Assembly: GCA_965224085.1 (NCBI GenBank)
Contig: CBDCYI010000005.1
Coordinates: 640,001-704,000, forward strand
DNA from: Candidatus Marinacidobacterales bacterium
GTDB lineage: Bacteria > Acidobacteriota > Vicinamibacteria > Marinacidobacterales > SMYC01
Direction: 5' to 3'
Length of the DNA stretch: 64,000 nucleotides
Both the position numbers and the translations under genes were made by a program. The notes beneath the pieces were generated by a model. The model searched no databases and was not told where the DNA came from. It worked only from the letters and a program-made list of their open reading frames with translations. This document shows positions 53,021-63,316 of this stretch, piece after piece; position 1 is the stretch's first letter; each line of letters starts with the position of its first letter.

Positions 53021-53421
53021 GGTACTTTCGACTGACACTCCCGGCCGAAGGCATTTTTCATGATATGGATTGATCGGGAACGAGGCTGAAGCCGAGTCGG
53101 GTAGCTTTGCGTCGGAGATTACTCAGGAGGCGTTGCTGGTATTGCCTTTCATAGGCGTCCTGACCGAGCTCAATGAACTCCTCTCCTGTCGCAAGCATGC
53201 GGAAGTAGATGGTCGCTATTTTACGGGCGGTAGCTGTGATGGCCTTTGGAGCACCTCGTCGCGATCGGATTCGTCGATAGAAAGCGCCGAGCGCGGTTTG
53301 GGTATTGCGGACAGCGCACGCGGCGAGGCGAAAGAGTTTTGCAGCACGACTGGAGCTCATTGGGGTGGCCCGGCGAAAGATTCGACCAGCGGACTCCTTA
53401 TTATTCGGTGCGAGAGCTAGC
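53021..53421 (-). mobile_element. IS110 3'-end fragment, second copy
   Basis: About 400 bp nearly identical to 37639-38039. Confidence 0.92.
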
Positions 53422-53455
53422 GAGGGCACCTCACCCGTCGTCTCCCTACCTAGGG

Positions 53456-54943
53456 TCATTTGGAGCTCGCCAGAGTTTCAAGATCAACGGGCCAGCGGGG
53501 ATGGCGTGCGGCCCGGATTTTTTCGATGGGACCCACGATGACCGTCACCATCTGGTCGCGCGCTAGATACTTGCCTGGCAACGCTCTTATCTGCTCCAGC
53601 GTAACTGCCCGTACTGCTTCCGGCCACTCGAGCACACGGTCCGTTGTGCCGTATCGGGCCGTCTCGACCGCGTACGTCTCACTTGCCTGACGAGCACCGT
53701 CCAGTGCCGCCTGCCACTTGCCCAGCACGAGCGCACCTTTTGCGCGTCCCAGCTCTTCCTCCGTGATGGCGTCCTCTGGCTCCTGTATTCGGTCAATCTC
53801 GTCAAGAGTGTACTTCACGAGGGGTGCGACCGATTCCAGGCGACCACCCGTGCGGACGTGCGCCAGCCCGGCCCCGCTGCCGGTCTCTGGTAACAAGAAA
53901 ACCGTTTTGTTCGCCAGCCCTCGGATCTCGCGGGCTGCGATGTTCAAGCGGATGCCGAAGATATGCGCAAGCACCGACACGGCGGCACGCTCCGATTCCG
54001 GAACCCCATCAAACGCGCACCCTACGGCTATCCAACCCTCGAGGCTCGGCGCGTCGACGGTGTGTACCAACTCCGGCTCTTTATCCAACTGAGGGAGGGA
54101 CGCCGTCTCCGGTAATCCTTTTGCTGGTTCCCACCCCATCGTCAGGTCATTCAGCGCAGCCACGACCTCGGGGCGCGGCACGTTGCCACCGATGCCTAGA
54201 ACCACAAGGTTCGCTCGCAAGCTCCGCGAGACGAGCGCCTGCACCCCCTCAGTCGTGACCGCCAGTCCAGGCTCTGGCGGCGCGAGAGGATAACCGCCAA
54301 GGATCCGCTCGAGCTCGACCTTCGGCCGGAACCCCTTGTCCGCGACACGGCGGGAGAAACCGTAACCTGGGCCGGTACGGTAGCTGCGAATAAAGCTATC
54401 TTTGAACTCGGAGCGCCGAAGGACATCGATCATCAGAGAGAGCGCCTCGCGCCAGTCCTCCGCCAGAACTTCCACCGAAATACGCGTCAAATCCATTGCT
54501 TCCTCGACCTCGAACCGGGTGGCTAAGCGATCGAGCCGCAGAGACAACGGACGCTCCGGCTCTGGCGGGCCGATTCGGGTCAGGATGCGAGTGATGAGCT
54601 CGGAAGCTCCAGCCTCGTTGGCTCGCTCATGGAGCCGGCCCAGCGGAAGAGCCGTGGTGATTCGCACAAGAGGATCCGAGCTCTCAGCGATAACGTAGGC
54701 GCGAACGCCACTATCGGTCGTCACCAAGGCCTCAGCAGGATCCGGTGGCTCGAAACGGCTCGGCGCAAATTGGTAGTCGCGGGGATGGGGCCAGTCATGA
54801 GCGAGCAAAGGGCGAGTGCGGCCTGGCAATGTTTCCTCTCTGCCCGCGGTGCCACCGTTACAAGCCACTGACCCCCAGGCGGTGATTACGGCGAATAACA
54901 CGATGAGCGCTACCGGCAAACGGCGCCACTCTTTGTTGCTCAT
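53456..54943 (-). CDS. M16 peptidase-like subunit lacking HxxEH (probably non-catalytic lipoprotein)
   Basis: M16 pattern (DPLV..GAS.L..EELGRAK..VTLEQI..VIVG), SVAC lipobox. Confidence 0.75.
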   Translation of the reverse strand: MSNKEWRRLPVALIVLFAVITAWGSVACNGGTAGREETLPGRTRPLLAHDWPHPRDYQFAPSRFEPPDPAEALVTTDSGVRAYVIAESSDPLVRITTALPLGRLHERANEAGASELITRILTRIGPPEPERPLSLRLDRLATRFEVEEAMDLTRISVEVLAEDWREALSLMIDVLRRSEFKDSFIRSYRTGPGYGFSRRVADKGFRPKVELERILGGYPLAPPEPGLAVTTEGVQALVSRSLRANLVVLGIGGNVPRPEVVAALNDLTMGWEPAKGLPETASLPQLDKEPELVHTVDAPSLEGWIAVGCAFDGVPESERAAVSVLAHIFGIRLNIAAREIRGLANKTVFLLPETGSGAGLAHVRTGGRLESVAPLVKYTLDEIDRIQEPEDAITEEELGRAKGALVLGKWQAALDGARQASETYAVETARYGTTDRVLEWPEAVRAVTLEQIRALPGKYLARDQMVTVIVGPIEKIRAARHPRWPVDLETLASSK

Positions 54944-54958
54944 GTCCCTGACCTCTCT

Positions 54959-56542
54959 CTAGTGCTCCGCGAGCGGCCTCTGACGCGATGTGGCAATCAC
55001 CCGGTTATAGGGGACAAGATATCGCTCGGCGACCCGCCGGACGTCTTCTGCCGAGGAAGTCTCGCGTGCTTCCATGTGTGAGTGGAGAACCTTCCAGCTA
55101 TCCATCACGTCGAAACTTCCCAGCACTTTGGCCAGGCTGGCGCGATTCGAGCGCAGATCGTCCCAACCCAACCGCATGTGTTTGCGTGCTCGCTCGAGGG
55201 CGCGCGCATCGATTCGTCCTTGCCGCAAGTTCTCGACCGCTCGAAGGATGGCTCTCTCGATGGCGGGGAGGTCGTCATCGCGCCGTCCAGAGCCGACAAT
55301 GCTAATCACGTACGGCACCCCAACGCGCGGCGCGGAGGCCTCGAAGTCAACCGGTTGCATCAAGGCGCCGCCGTCGCTCCCTGCCATGAAACCGGTGCCG
55401 ATCATGCCATGCGATCCTGTCAGCAGTGCCGCGATCGTGTCGAATACCGGGCGATCCGGATGACCCACACCCGGCATGCGGTAGCGAATAAAGACCCGAG
55501 GGTCCAGGGGTTCCATCCACTCGAGCCGGATGGCGCCTCCCGGAACCGGCTCCGCCTCGTAGTCCATGCGGGCGGGCGGTTCCGCACCTTTGCTCACGCT
55601 GCCGAAGTATCGCTCGGCCAGAGGTCGTACCTGAGAAAGCGTGAGGTCTCCCACGAGAACGAGTCTCGCATTGTTGGGCACAAAGTAAGCGTCGTACATG
55701 GGCAACATGTCGGCGCGATTGAAGTACGCGAAATCCCGTAAATGCCCACCGGCGGGGTGAGCCACGGGGTGAGCCAGGAATGTGACCCCGTCCAGCGCCT
55801 CATAGTCAAACCTGGTCGCCGCACGGCCCTGTCGGTTGAGCCTTTGCTCCAGCACAGTAAACCGCTGGGCCTCCCAGCCTCGAAAGACAGCGTTGACCAT
55901 CCGGTCCGCCTCGAGCCGAAAGAACAGCTCGAGGCTTTCCTTGGGCAGGTCGATATCAATCTCGATGTGCTCCTTGAAGGTGGTCGCCGGGACGGGATCG
56001 GTATGCTGCATGAGGGCGCCGTGGCGCAGATACCAGTTGTACTCTGCCCAGAAATCGCGGTACTCGGAATCCTGGTCTTCGAGCTCGTGAAGCCGGTGAC
56101 GCACCTCGTCCATGCCGCTGGTCGTCGGCCACTCGAGCTCGTCGTAGAAGACGTCTCGCTCTCGCAGGCGATTCCTCTGCCCATTCCTGATCTGCAGTAG
56201 CCTCTGCTCGGTCTCGTAAATCTCGCGGAGGATCGGCACTTCCGCTTCAAAGTCCTTGGTCCCGACCGAAGTCGTACCCTGGAACACCATGTGCTCGAGG
56301 AAGTGCGCCGCACCGTGCTCGCCCTGGGCCTCTGCGATCGACCCCACGCGATACCAGAGACTCGCGGCGACGCGGGGGACCCGGTGATCCTCCATGACTA
56401 ACACCCGGAATCCGTTGTCGAGCACGAGCTCTTGAATCTCCACCGCCGGGAATTGGGAGGAGGGGGGGCTCGATAGCAGTGCATCGGTTCCCAGCAGCAC
56501 TCCGATCGGGAACAAAGCTACCCTCATCCATGTCTTGGTCAT
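54959..56542 (-). CDS. M16 zinc peptidase, catalytic subunit
   Basis: LDNG, WYRVGS..E..GAAHFLEHMVFQGT, LEADRM, PNNA.LVLVGD. Confidence 0.88.
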   Translation of the reverse strand: MTKTWMRVALFPIGVLLGTDALLSSPPSSQFPAVEIQELVLDNGFRVLVMEDHRVPRVAASLWYRVGSIAEAQGEHGAAHFLEHMVFQGTTSVGTKDFEAEVPILREIYETEQRLLQIRNGQRNRLRERDVFYDELEWPTTSGMDEVRHRLHELEDQDSEYRDFWAEYNWYLRHGALMQHTDPVPATTFKEHIEIDIDLPKESLELFFRLEADRMVNAVFRGWEAQRFTVLEQRLNRQGRAATRFDYEALDGVTFLAHPVAHPAGGHLRDFAYFNRADMLPMYDAYFVPNNARLVLVGDLTLSQVRPLAERYFGSVSKGAEPPARMDYEAEPVPGGAIRLEWMEPLDPRVFIRYRMPGVGHPDRPVFDTIAALLTGSHGMIGTGFMAGSDGGALMQPVDFEASAPRVGVPYVISIVGSGRRDDDLPAIERAILRAVENLRQGRIDARALERARKHMRLGWDDLRSNRASLAKVLGSFDVMDSWKVLHSHMEARETSSAEDVRRVAERYLVPYNRVIATSRQRPLAEH

Positions 56543-56624
56543 CTTGCTACTCCTCTTCTTCCGAGGTTACAGAGAAGCCCGGAGAGGGATACCTGGCGGA
56601 GCCCTCCCCCGGCTTCCAGCTTAC

Positions 56625-58361
56625 TTAGAACCCTGCTGCGTGGCCGAGCCGTCGCGGATCGGTAACCCCGTGTAGCTTCCCGGTGGTTGGGTCACGCCAG
56701 ATGATTTGCATCGACCCGGTATGCCAGTTGTAGGGACCCAGGTGTTCGAGCTCGATGCCGCGCGCCGCCATCCCTTTGCGTACCTCCTCGGAAATCCTCG
56801 ATTCGATCGCGAGGACACGCTCGGCGGTGCGGAACGCGAAGAAGCGGGTTTCATCGGCCGCTTCTGTGGGATGCATGCCGAAATCGATGATATTGACCAG
56901 CACCTCCGTCACCGGCTGGGGCGGCACACCCGGAGAGCCCAGCGACAGCCAAGGTTTGCCGTCTTTGGCCACGATCGTACCGGTGCTGTTGGGACTGACG
57001 CGACGCCCCGGCCCCACTGTCTGCCCGGGGAATCCGCTACCCCTGGCTCGAATGCCATCGATGAAAGTTCCCGGAGCTCCTCCGTGCCCGGTATGCAACG
57101 AGGAGATCCAGTTTCCTTCCGCGTCCACGATCACATTGTGGTTACTCTCGTCGACTGTCGGCAGCCCCTCCAGCACGCGGGCGAGACGAGCGGCTCCGGT
57201 CTCGTTGCTTGCCGTTGTCGACTTCTCGGGCGGCGTCAGGTCCACGTTCGGCAGCACCATGGTGGCGCGCACATAGTCGGCCCCGATCTTGGCGTAGTCC
57301 TTCGAAAGCCAGATCTGGGACGGGATCTGAAAGCTCAGGGGGTCGGCGATCGCGTAGCGAAGATCGTCCTCGACCCGGCCGAAGGCGCGTGTCATGATCT
57401 CCAGCGTATCCACTGACTCGCTATAATGCCCCAGGCTCTCGAGGTCGAAGTTTTCCAGGATGTTCAAGTTGTAGCCGATCTGGATGCCGCCCTTCTTCGG
57501 AGGCGGCTCGCTGAAAATCTCATACCCCCGGTACGTCGTGCGCACCGGCTCTCCCCACCGCACCTCGAAACCTGCCATGTCCTCCATGCTCACGCAGTAA
57601 CCCTTCTTCCTGGTCTCACGCACGAACTTCTGTCCCCAGGCGCCGGTGTAAAGGTAGTCCGCTCCCTCGGAGGCGATCTTCCGCAGAGTCTCCGCTAACT
57701 TTGGCATCTTCCAGCGATGACCCACCGGGACCAGATGCCCGTCCGGCATGTAGAACTCGCTGGCCTCTTTGTTTTTCTGGATCAAGTCGCGGTTTTCCCA
57801 GGAGTTGTAATTGCTGGCGAACATGAACGAGGTGACCAGGACGCCTTCCTCTGCCGCGGCAATCGCCGGTTCGACATAGCTCGGCCACTCCCGGGTGCCG
57901 AAGCGCTTGGCCAGCGCCTCGAGGCCGAGAACTTTGCCTCCGATCGCCACCTGTGATGGGTCGCCTTCGCCGCAGCGTCCGGCGAGCGGCCGCTCGGAAT
58001 AGGACTCAAAGACGTGATACTTCCCCGTGGTTGCCTCATAGTAAAGCCCTCCCATCGCGCCGAAGAGAGAGACCTGGTGGTAGTCGACCACATTCTGCAG
58101 GAACACCGCCGTGATGAAGGCGTCGATGGCGTTTCCTCCCTCGCGCAGCACCTGGAGCGCAGCTTCCGTCACAATGGGTAGCTGCGTGCTCACCATCACG
58201 CTCTCTCCCACCGCCTCCTTCTTTGGTCCCTGGTTGAGCAGCGGATCCCTCGGATCCGTAGGTAGGTTGGCGAGACTCTTCTGCGCCCTGGTCTCCGGAG
58301 CGATGCTGCCGGCGACGACGAACGCCATGAGTGCCAAAGTCACAAATCTCAAACAACGCAC
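56625..58361 (-). CDS. Secreted gamma-glutamyltransferase-family Ntn hydrolase, atypical
   Basis: GGNAIDA, LAETLRKIA, VDAEGN, LGSPG, DPRR; RBS GGAGG plus GTG and signal peptide. Confidence 0.85.
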   Translation of the reverse strand: MRCLRFVTLALMAFVVAGSIAPETRAQKSLANLPTDPRDPLLNQGPKKEAVGESVMVSTQLPIVTEAALQVLREGGNAIDAFITAVFLQNVVDYHQVSLFGAMGGLYYEATTGKYHVFESYSERPLAGRCGEGDPSQVAIGGKVLGLEALAKRFGTREWPSYVEPAIAAAEEGVLVTSFMFASNYNSWENRDLIQKNKEASEFYMPDGHLVPVGHRWKMPKLAETLRKIASEGADYLYTGAWGQKFVRETRKKGYCVSMEDMAGFEVRWGEPVRTTYRGYEIFSEPPPKKGGIQIGYNLNILENFDLESLGHYSESVDTLEIMTRAFGRVEDDLRYAIADPLSFQIPSQIWLSKDYAKIGADYVRATMVLPNVDLTPPEKSTTASNETGAARLARVLEGLPTVDESNHNVIVDAEGNWISSLHTGHGGAPGTFIDGIRARGSGFPGQTVGPGRRVSPNSTGTIVAKDGKPWLSLGSPGVPPQPVTEVLVNIIDFGMHPTEAADETRFFAFRTAERVLAIESRISEEVRKGMAARGIELEHLGPYNWHTGSMQIIWRDPTTGKLHGVTDPRRLGHAAGF

Positions 58362-58757
58362 GACTGCCTCCTTTCTTGTCTTGCGGAGCCCGGTCCTCCT
58401 TGCGTCACGCAGACTCTCGATGATCGCAGACTGGGTGTATCGCAATCTCGATGCCAACAAGAACCCGGTTGGCAATCATCCTCTCGAGCAACGAGCTCAA
58501 GCTAGGGGCTAGTCCACTGGATCTTTGATTACTATACAAAGTTAGGCTTTTCGCCAGCCCATAAGATTCATAAGATTCATGCACTTAGAAGGGTTTCGGC
58601 AAGCTCTGCTTTATCTAGTTTTTTCTGATACAGGGGACTAGAGTACAATGGCCACCCCACCTCATCGTCACGCAACTGCGACAGAATCGCGAGGTGGCCA
58701 TACTTCCGTTCAGACCAGACCCGAACTCTTTCTATCTCCTCCAGTCCTCCAGCTAGA

Positions 58758-61604
58758 TTAGAAGGAAAACCGCGCGCCCACCCGCAGGGTACGAGGAAGA
58801 TCAATTTGGGCCGGCCTGAGGAAATTGCCATGGTCGAACCGCAGCGAATCCACCGCGAGGACGGTGCTTCTGTTCAAAGCGTTGAAGATGTCGGCCACCA
58901 GACTCAGTCTCCCCCTGCCCATTTCAATCTGTTTTTCCGCGCGGAACGAGAGCAGGTGCCGGAAGTCTTGGCGGTTCGTTCCTCTCGGCTGACCGGCGAC
59001 GTCGATGAAGCTCTCCGCGACAATCTCTGGGTGATCGCTGCGGCTGAAGCGAACCGTGTACGCACCCAGTATGTCCGACGGGAAACCCGAGTTGGGCTTG
59101 ATCGGAAAGCCGGAAATCCCCTGGTAGAACGCGCTCACCATGATTTCGTAAGGAGCCTCGTAGCTCCCGAAGAGCTTGAGCTGGAAGGGAGAGTCCAAGT
59201 CGAGCGGACCGTCAATATTAAGAAAGGTGTTCGGGTTGTCGTAGACTCGGTGCCCTCCCCAGGTGGCGCCGAAACTGTTGCCGATGTTGCCGTCGGAGCG
59301 GCCGAGGTTGAGCGAGCCAGTAAACTGCCAGCCGTCGCTCATCCGCTTGCGAGCTACGATCTCGATTCCTTTGTAGTCCCGCTTGAGAACCACCGGATCG
59401 GTGGGGTTGGTGAGAAATCGGATCCGCTGCACACCTTGAAGGCTCTCGTCCAATGCAAAGATGGTCAAGGGTTGGCCGTCAATTGGGTTGATTACAGTGA
59501 ACGGGTTATATTTGTCGAAAGGCTTGGATAGATCAATCGTTTCGATAATGTCCCGCTCTCTCTTGAAGATCCCGGCCACGGACACGACGAAGTTATCTCC
59601 CAGCTGCTGGTCCACGCCCAGGTGAAGCGTATCTACGTACGGCTGTATCAAGTCGGGGTCGAAGCGATTCAGATTTGACCGCGTATCGTTGCGCAGGGTG
59701 CCCTGCTCGCCGTCCTGGAACTTGAGGTCACCGTTGAGGTCCATCCAGTCGAACTCCTGGTAGCCGGCCTGGCCGCGGTTGGCAGTGAGAACGTGCTGGT
59801 TGAGAAGGGACATGTAATAGCGGCCATAACTCGCCTTGACAGAAGTCTTTTGATCGCCTCTGACATCCCATACCGCTCCGAGCCGTGGCGCCGTGTTGAA
59901 CCAGCTGATCTGGTCGCGTTCCTCTGGGAAGTTCTCGACGGGGAACCACATGCCCCCTCCACTTTGCTGGTCGGGCTGCCAGCCTTCGGTCCACTCGGAG
60001 CGCACGCCCAGGCTTAGTGTGACGCGGTCTCCTATGGTCCACTCGTCCTGGAGGAACAGGGCGTTAAACGTCACATTGGTTCTGGGCTCCCTCGGTGTAT
60101 TGTAGAGTCGAACCCGGTGCGGCACCCCGCTTCGAGTCCGGAGGTGCGTGTCCCCGAAAATGTCTCGGACCCGCGCAAAGGGAGAGAATTCGTTAATATA
60201 CCCTGCCTTGATGCTGTGTGTGCCAGCCCACTCATCGACGTAGTGCGAGATGTTGCCCTTGATCGTCCTCTTGTCCCGCCGGAAGGTGGGGCCCCGTGTG
60301 CCGGTCCAACCTCCAGAGTCGAGCCCGGTCACGAGGTCACGAGTGCCTACTGCGTCGAGGCCGAATTCCTCTCGGAAATTGACGAGAGCCTGGCTGAACA
60401 GCGCTTCCACGAACGTGGAGTGGCTCAGCGTGTGAATCACCGAGCCTTGAATAATGCTCTGGTCCCTGAAGGCTCGCCGCCAGGTCTCCGGTGCATCGTT
60501 GGTCCTGAAGCTGGCGTTGCCGGGAAATTCCTCGCGGTTTATCTTGGTGTAAGAGCCGAGTGCCCGGGTCTGCTCAGTGAGCTGCGCTGTGAACTTCACG
60601 AAAGCGTGCCGTTCATCGAGTCTGGGGTCGCGAGCTGGGAAGTCCGGCTGGGTCCGTTCTACATCGAACCAGCGGACGTTACCAAAGAACCAAACCCTAT
60701 CTCGCTTCAGTGGCCCGCCCAAAACGAATCCGTACTCCAAGTTCTTTTTTTCGGTCGTTCCTTTTTCGAGCCCCTGGGCACGAAGTTCGTCGGTGAGGTT
60801 GTCCCCTTGCAAGCTATCGTTCACCAAGAAGAAGTTGGCCTCGCCGCTCAGCTCGTTCCCTCCCGACTTGGTGATGAGATTGAAAACCGCGCCACTGGCC
60901 TGGCCAAACTCGGCAGAAATGCCCCCCGTGGTGATCTGAACCTCTTCCACGATGTCATATGGGATAGGCATGGCATTGTATCCGACCGTGGTGTCGTTGG
61001 TGCCGGCCCCATCGAGGTTATAGAGGTTGTCCCGAACCGAGCTACCGTGAACTGTTTGGGCGGGCGAGAAACCATACTGGCTATCGACGATGCCCGGAGC
61101 GCTAACAAGGATCTCCTCAATCCTGCGATTGGTAGGAATATTCTCGATGATTGCGGTTTCCACTGTCCGCATCGTCTCCGCGCCTCTGACGTCAACGAGC
61201 GGCGATTCTCCGATGACGGTAATGGTCTCCTCGACAGGACTCAACTTGAGGTTAAAATCGATTTTTATTGATGAACCCGCCTGCAGCTCGATACCCTCGT
61301 GAGTGATGGTCTGGAAGCCTTGAAGCTCAACCCTCACGGTGTAGAAGCCAGGGGGGAGGTTCGGCACGCGATAGGTTCCGGTCTCGGTAGTGACACGAAC
61401 CTCCGCCTCCTTGATAAACTGTGGACTGTTTATTGTGACCGTCACTCCAGGGACGGCCAGGCCGGACTCGTCGGCGACCTTCCCATAGAGGGTTCCCGTC
61501 AGCTCTTGCGAGAAGACGGTGCCCGCTCCGACTAGTAATACGAGCAGGGTCAACATAGGCGGAGGCGCCAAGTTGCGCACCACTTCGGATAACTTGTGCG
61601 GCAT
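58758..61604 (-). CDS. TonB-dependent receptor (Oar-like, N-terminal CarboxypepD_reg domain)
   Basis: GKVAD..G..VPGVTV, GGISAEFG..SG.V.NLITKSG.N, APRLG, terminal ARFSF. Confidence 0.92.
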   Translation of the reverse strand: MPHKLSEVVRNLAPPPMLTLLVLLVGAGTVFSQELTGTLYGKVADESGLAVPGVTVTINSPQFIKEAEVRVTTETGTYRVPNLPPGFYTVRVELQGFQTITHEGIELQAGSSIKIDFNLKLSPVEETITVIGESPLVDVRGAETMRTVETAIIENIPTNRRIEEILVSAPGIVDSQYGFSPAQTVHGSSVRDNLYNLDGAGTNDTTVGYNAMPIPYDIVEEVQITTGGISAEFGQASGAVFNLITKSGGNELSGEANFFLVNDSLQGDNLTDELRAQGLEKGTTEKKNLEYGFVLGGPLKRDRVWFFGNVRWFDVERTQPDFPARDPRLDERHAFVKFTAQLTEQTRALGSYTKINREEFPGNASFRTNDAPETWRRAFRDQSIIQGSVIHTLSHSTFVEALFSQALVNFREEFGLDAVGTRDLVTGLDSGGWTGTRGPTFRRDKRTIKGNISHYVDEWAGTHSIKAGYINEFSPFARVRDIFGDTHLRTRSGVPHRVRLYNTPREPRTNVTFNALFLQDEWTIGDRVTLSLGVRSEWTEGWQPDQQSGGGMWFPVENFPEERDQISWFNTAPRLGAVWDVRGDQKTSVKASYGRYYMSLLNQHVLTANRGQAGYQEFDWMDLNGDLKFQDGEQGTLRNDTRSNLNRFDPDLIQPYVDTLHLGVDQQLGDNFVVSVAGIFKRERDIIETIDLSKPFDKYNPFTVINPIDGQPLTIFALDESLQGVQRIRFLTNPTDPVVLKRDYKGIEIVARKRMSDGWQFTGSLNLGRSDGNIGNSFGATWGGHRVYDNPNTFLNIDGPLDLDSPFQLKLFGSYEAPYEIMVSAFYQGISGFPIKPNSGFPSDILGAYTVRFSRSDHPEIVAESFIDVAGQPRGTNRQDFRHLLSFRAEKQIEMGRGRLSLVADIFNALNRSTVLAVDSLRFDHGNFLRPAQIDLPRTLRVGARFSF

Positions 61605-61788
61605 TTTCCTGTCTCCTTTCAGGATTTGAATCGGACCCAGTTAACGAACGAAAGGGAAACTTCGTATGGGAGTTCATCCGACATGGACCCGTGGCGAATA
61701 AATGCTTTACCGTCAAGAGGTTCCATTGGGAATAATAAGGTTCTGTTCGGAATGAGATACACTCCTGATAACCCACTTCTTATTCGGC

Positions 61789-61803
61789 GCAAACTGTGTG
61801 CCA
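61789..61803 (-). promoter_or_regulatory. Sigma54 -24/-12 promoter
   Basis: Exact TGGCAC-ACAGT-TTGC upstream of the receptor gene. Confidence 0.75.
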
Positions 61804-61885
61804 TGTATGGGCAGACCGCCCCTGGCTGTAAGTAATTCTAATACAATGGGTTAGAGCCGAAAGGAGAAGACCGAGAGATTAACCT

Positions 61886-61923
61886 ATCCAGATGTTTGGA
61901 TGTTACTAACGATTTAGTTAACA
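61886..61923. promoter_or_regulatory. Candidate enhancer (UAS) palindromes
   Basis: ATCCA-N6-TGGAT and TGTTACTAA-CGAT-TTAGTTAACA, about 85-120 bp upstream of the -24 box. Confidence 0.4.
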
Positions 61924-62022
61924 AACCTTCACCAAAGCCATATCCCCACATCGATTTTAACCCCTTGAAAACAAGAAGATGGAAATCTCTATTCGATGGA
62001 CTTATACCTATTCAATCTTTTG

Positions 62023-62275
62023 GAGTCAAGCCCATTCTTAGTTGAAATGTTCCACGGCTCCCGGTTCGTTTAAGCAACGTTCTTCCTCGACGTATTCTTT
62101 TTCGCGGTCTCGATCTTCAGTTCACGCTTGAGTGCTTCACGCAGCTTTGGAAGGTGTCGGTAGCCCATCACCTTCCGGAGGCGCGGCTCGATGTCGGTGA
62201 GCGCGGTCGCGAGCCAGCGTTGGCGTTGGTTCGAAGTCTTCCAGTGATCGACCTTCGCGCAACGTTCCTTTACAC
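62023..62275 (-). mobile_element. IS256 family 3' remnant with right end
   Basis: QRWLATALTDIEPRLRKVMGYRHL; end ATTTCAACTAAGAATGGGCTTGACTC. Confidence 0.75.
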
Positions 62276-62339
62276 TTCGAACGGCCACATCTGCTTTAAA
62301 CGTACGGGTTTACATGCGTTTAGCCGGCGGAAGCTCCGC

Positions 62340-62562
62340 CTAGGGGGTCTCCAGTTCCGTGAGCGAGGATGTCCTCGTCGGGCACCTCAAGAACGGGGAA
62401 GCCGGGCCCTTCGAAGAGGCGGCCCCGAACTTGGGCCTCCTGGATCGCCAGCACGCCTCGGCAGAAGGGGTCGTGGTTCCAGTACCCGCGCTTGAGCGTG
62501 CCGTAGACGAAGAGTCTTAACACGCCGGAAGTGTTCTCTTTCAGGGGTTCTCTGGGTTTCAC
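62340..62562 (-). pseudogene. Gamma-glutamylcyclotransferase (AIG2-like) 5' fragment
   Basis: LFVYGTLKRGYWNH..GRLF...GFPVL. Confidence 0.8.
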
Positions 62563-63316
62563 TCAGGAGTTGTCCTCCAGTCCGTGAAAGGTGACCTGAC
62601 CCCACGGTTAGCACCACGTTGTATCTCAGTCATTCGGTGCTGACAATGGCTGGTTGAAGCCGGCGGAGCGGAGCCGGTTTCAACCGAATCGTTTCCGGCG
62701 CTGGCGGTCGGTAACCTAACGAGCTGTGGGGTCTGAAGCGATTGAACTCTTGCCGCCACCTTTCGATCAATACCTTGTCCTCCTTCAAGTGCTCAGGGAA
62801 ACAACGTCCAGAAACGGGATGTCACGCTCCCGGGCGAAGATTTGGACCCAGGTCCTGGGGAAAGATGGATATCAATAAGGCCAGGGCCGCACCTGGACCA
62901 GAACGGGCTAGGCCAGCTACGCCGCGGTAGCCCCGATCTCGATTCTGGGCCTCCCGGATGGCTTCTTTTCCGACGCTGCACGGCCCTGTCAGCGGCCCGC
63001 TCCCCCCTTTGGCGCGAACATGGCACTCGAAAATCGAGATTAGAGACGAAAACCGGTGCTTCCGCAATCAAGTGTTGGTGGCCGCCGCGTAACCCGTTCT
63101 CGTGCTAGAGGTTGAGCCTGATTTCGAGAGACGCAGTTCTTTCGGCGATGCCGGCTGCGCTGACCACGTGGTGCCTGACATTCAGGGACATCTTCGTGTG
63201 CACGCCGACATCCTTATTTATGGCGTTCGCCGACACGGGCAGGCCAACTGACACTAGCGTACCAATCACTCTGAAGTTAACTTCTCGCTCGCGACGCGTG
63301 GGCTTATACTCGCCAC

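Noticed and set aside
58560-58580. Tandem repeat CATAAGATT x2
   Set aside because: Only two units, with no supporting context.
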